From the NCBI GenBank assembly GCA_001643675.2, contig LSRY02000001.1:1674001-1738000 (forward strand): a DNA stretch of 64,000 nt, read 5' to 3'. How positions within the stretch are numbered: the stretch's first letter is position 1; every line of letters begins with the position of its first letter. Under the pieces are notes generated by a model, which was not told the origin of the DNA, searched no databases, and saw only the letters and a program-made list of their open reading frames with translations. Shown here piece after piece: positions 61,541 through 64,000 of this stretch. The position numbers and the translations under genes are program-made. This DNA is from Monocercomonoides exilis PA203 (Eukaryota; Protista; Preaxostyla).

Positions 61541-64000
61541 ATTTTTGTGTGTATTTTTCTTGTTTCAATCCCTCTTTAATAATAATAACCAAAACAGTTC
61601 CATTTGAAGAATTTTCAGATGAAAGTCATTATCGTTATTAACGCTTTCAACTGAAAATTCAATAAAGAAACATCTTTTCAAAAATTCTGAAGAATTGAAA
61701 ATATTGGTTTTTACAATATTTTGAATGATAGCTAACTTATCTTATTCAGTTAACATCAAATAACATTATTTGAAGCAAAATATTTTGTTGAAAAAAAAAT
61801 AAATATTGTTTTCACGCTTAATTGTGATGAAATGTGTAATTTCAATTTTTGTCAAATAAGATGGAATGGAATTAACTTTTGTTGAATAGCCATTTTTTCA
61901 AAAATTTTCTTATGAAAAAAGTGAATTTTGAAAATTACCCACAATTAAATAATAAATTGTTCAATAATTGTTTTTAATTTATCTTTGCTCTGTGGACTTG
62001 CTGAAGCATGTTTGTAATATGTGAAGATTCCTAAAATAGTTTTTCATCCAGAAGTTTGAAATTGGAGGATGAATGCTCGATGTTGCCAGGATATTTACAC
62101 CATTAAGAAATGAATTGTTTCGAAGTTAGATGAAGAATAAATGCTATTATCCACTTCATTCTGTATGCAAATTAATGAGAAAATTTCTGATAATTAACAT
62201 TTCTCCAAAATATCGGAATTTTATTATTTTTTTCACAACTTTTTTGAAAACAAATTCGAACATTTCCATTCTCAATAATGCCTGTGAAAATAAGTCGTAA
62301 TTTTTACGCTGCTTTCATTAATTAGAAATTATTTTTGGCCAATTTCGCTAACCTTCAAAAGCAGCGATTGAGCTTGAAAATGCCAATGAAATAAAAGACT
62401 CTCCTGGCCAGAAGCTGAAGGGAATATTGCTCGACTGTTACTAATAACATTTTTTATATGAATAATCAAGTGTTTGCTTTATTTTCAACACAAATTTTTT
62501 GATTCATATTTTTGCCATATTTGGCTCAGATTTCTTAATAATCGATAATTCTGATTATTGATTGTGGAGACAAACAAAACCTTCATCGATTATACAAAGC
62601 TACGAGTAATCTACAATGTAGCATTTGAAACGGGAATACACCGAAACATTTTCATGAAAAGGGCAGCTACAAAACAAGCAATTTCCATATCTCAACGAAT
62701 TCATCAAAAAACGATGGATAAAATACTGTTGAAACATTTTTGAAATGATGGGAGAATATTTACAAAAGAAAGAATTATATTTGAATGTTTGATGAGAATG
62801 TGAAGAAACGAGAGCGATTCGAATGAAGAAGTGCATTTTTTAGAACAACGAAAAAACAACATTTTGTTGAAAACAATGAAAGCCATGTTGAAGAAGAAAG
62901 AATTACGAAAACAGTCTCAGATCTGGAATCAGAAAGGGCAAAAATGAAAGCCAGTCACGTGAAACGTATTTTCCACTTGAGAAGATAAAAAGAAGAACTG
63001 AAAATTAATTATGAATAAAAAATTGAAATGAGAAGGAAAAAAGAACATGCATCATTATCTCTATTTCTCATTTTAAAAAACAGGAAGATCAATTTCAATG
63101 GAAAATGGAGCTTGAAACTACAAATTTGGATTCAGGGGAAATGATTGGGGAAATGCTGCTGAAGAGACAAAAACAACAATCCGCCGTAACAACAATTCCT
63201 TGAGACTTTTGAACATAAAGAATATGATTCATGGTATTTTTCTTTTTCTTCTTTTCATTTTTTTGTTTTGAAATTTCCATTATATTTTCAATTTTCAGGA
63301 GCTGTTGAAATCTTGCTAAGGAAACAGATGGATTCAATGAAAGCTTAAAAATTTCATGAAAATGGTGATTGATGGAAAATGAGCTGAAAAGATGAGGCAT
63401 TTCATTCAAACAGAATCTGAAGAGAAATATGAGAATGAAAAAAAATGCGAATAAAGAGAAAAAATATATTTTTGCAACATTTTCGAAAAGAAATAATGAA
63501 ACAGTTTCTGAGTACATATTTATGAAAAAGCCGCAAGCAGAAGCTCAATTCGAAATTATGTGGGTTTGAAAGATTTATCAACATGATAAGAAATAAATAT
63601 CAAATATGGTTTATATCCATGCCCATAATAATCTTTGTGAAATGATTCCTTTTGTTCTGGTTTTGCTTTTATTTTCACCTATTTGTGGAAAAGAAGAAAA
63701 TGATATCTTACGCACTGAATATGCTTCATTCGATGCTTCTGTCTCGATGAAACGTCAAGTTTCAACGAAGGGAAGCGTAATTCGGATGTTCTGCGAAATA
63801 CACAACTCGACAGCTGAATTGAAGGGGATATCACTTGAAACGCCAGAAGGTTGCTTGATGTTTGAAATAAGAGCAGGATCATTCTTAAAGGCAGAGGATT
63901 GCTTGCTGATGAAAAAAAGCAGTTTTGGCACACATTATATCTGCAATGAAGGAGCTTGCGAAATGGCAAACACTTCGCTGAGGATTGAAAAAGACAGTGA
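61541..64000 (+). repeat. Direct duplication, copy 2: upstream block plus 5' end of the receptor paralogue
   Basis: Colinear with 9933-12392. Confidence 0.95.
63642..64000 (+). CDS. Paralogue of the 3011-aa receptor-like protein, 5' part (runs off the window; absent from the ORF track)
   Basis: Open frame MIPFVLVLLLFSPICGKEENDILRTEYASFDAS...IEKDS, nearly identical to the protein starting at 12034. Confidence 0.92.
   Translation, partial: MIPFVLVLLLFSPICGKEENDILRTEYASFDASVSMKRQVSTKGSVIRMFCEIHNSTAELKGISLETPEGCLMFEIRAGSFLKAEDCLLMKKSSFGTHYICNEGACEMANTSLRIEKDS

Noticed and set aside
1-64000. Non-canonical TAA/TAG=Gln code, known from some oxymonads
   Set aside because: Multi-kb ORFs contain no in-frame TAR, and RAD23 ends at TAA exactly after its UBA domain.
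1-64000. tRNA, rRNA or snRNA genes
   Set aside because: None was recognised by eye. A covariance-model scan would be needed to exclude them.

Overview
AT-rich eukaryotic genomic DNA with short GT-AG introns and the standard genetic code. The gene style, especially the giant beta-helix/TM/kinase-like receptor, resembles the oxymonad Monocercomonoides; that assignment is my inference. Genes I could splice by hand: a 3'-truncated ARM-like gene (<1-5578, -), an intronless 3011-aa receptor-like pseudokinase (12034-21069, +), a CFAP92/KIAA1257 homologue, a ~2600-aa Ser/Pro-rich protein with an (SPR)35 repeat, a RAD23-like protein, an unknown gene, a long-chain acyl-CoA synthetase head-to-head with a PP2A-family catalytic subunit, a SMYD-like SET protein, a secreted Gly/Tyr-rich protein, a DUSP-ARM protein, and the 5' end of a second receptor copy (63642->64000). 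Intergenic DNA holds a decayed pogo-type DDE transposase and at least three short repeat/MITE families. Main observations: (1) the receptor gene is duplicated together with ~2.1 kb of conserved upstream DNA; (2) only 37 bp separate the divergent ACSL and PP2A start codons; (3) the PP2A subunit has lost the conserved DYFL C-terminus and gained an extension; (4) one fold-back MITE has perfect 160-bp arms; (5) splice donors almost all have T at +4. All calls come from reading the sequence; no database search was run.
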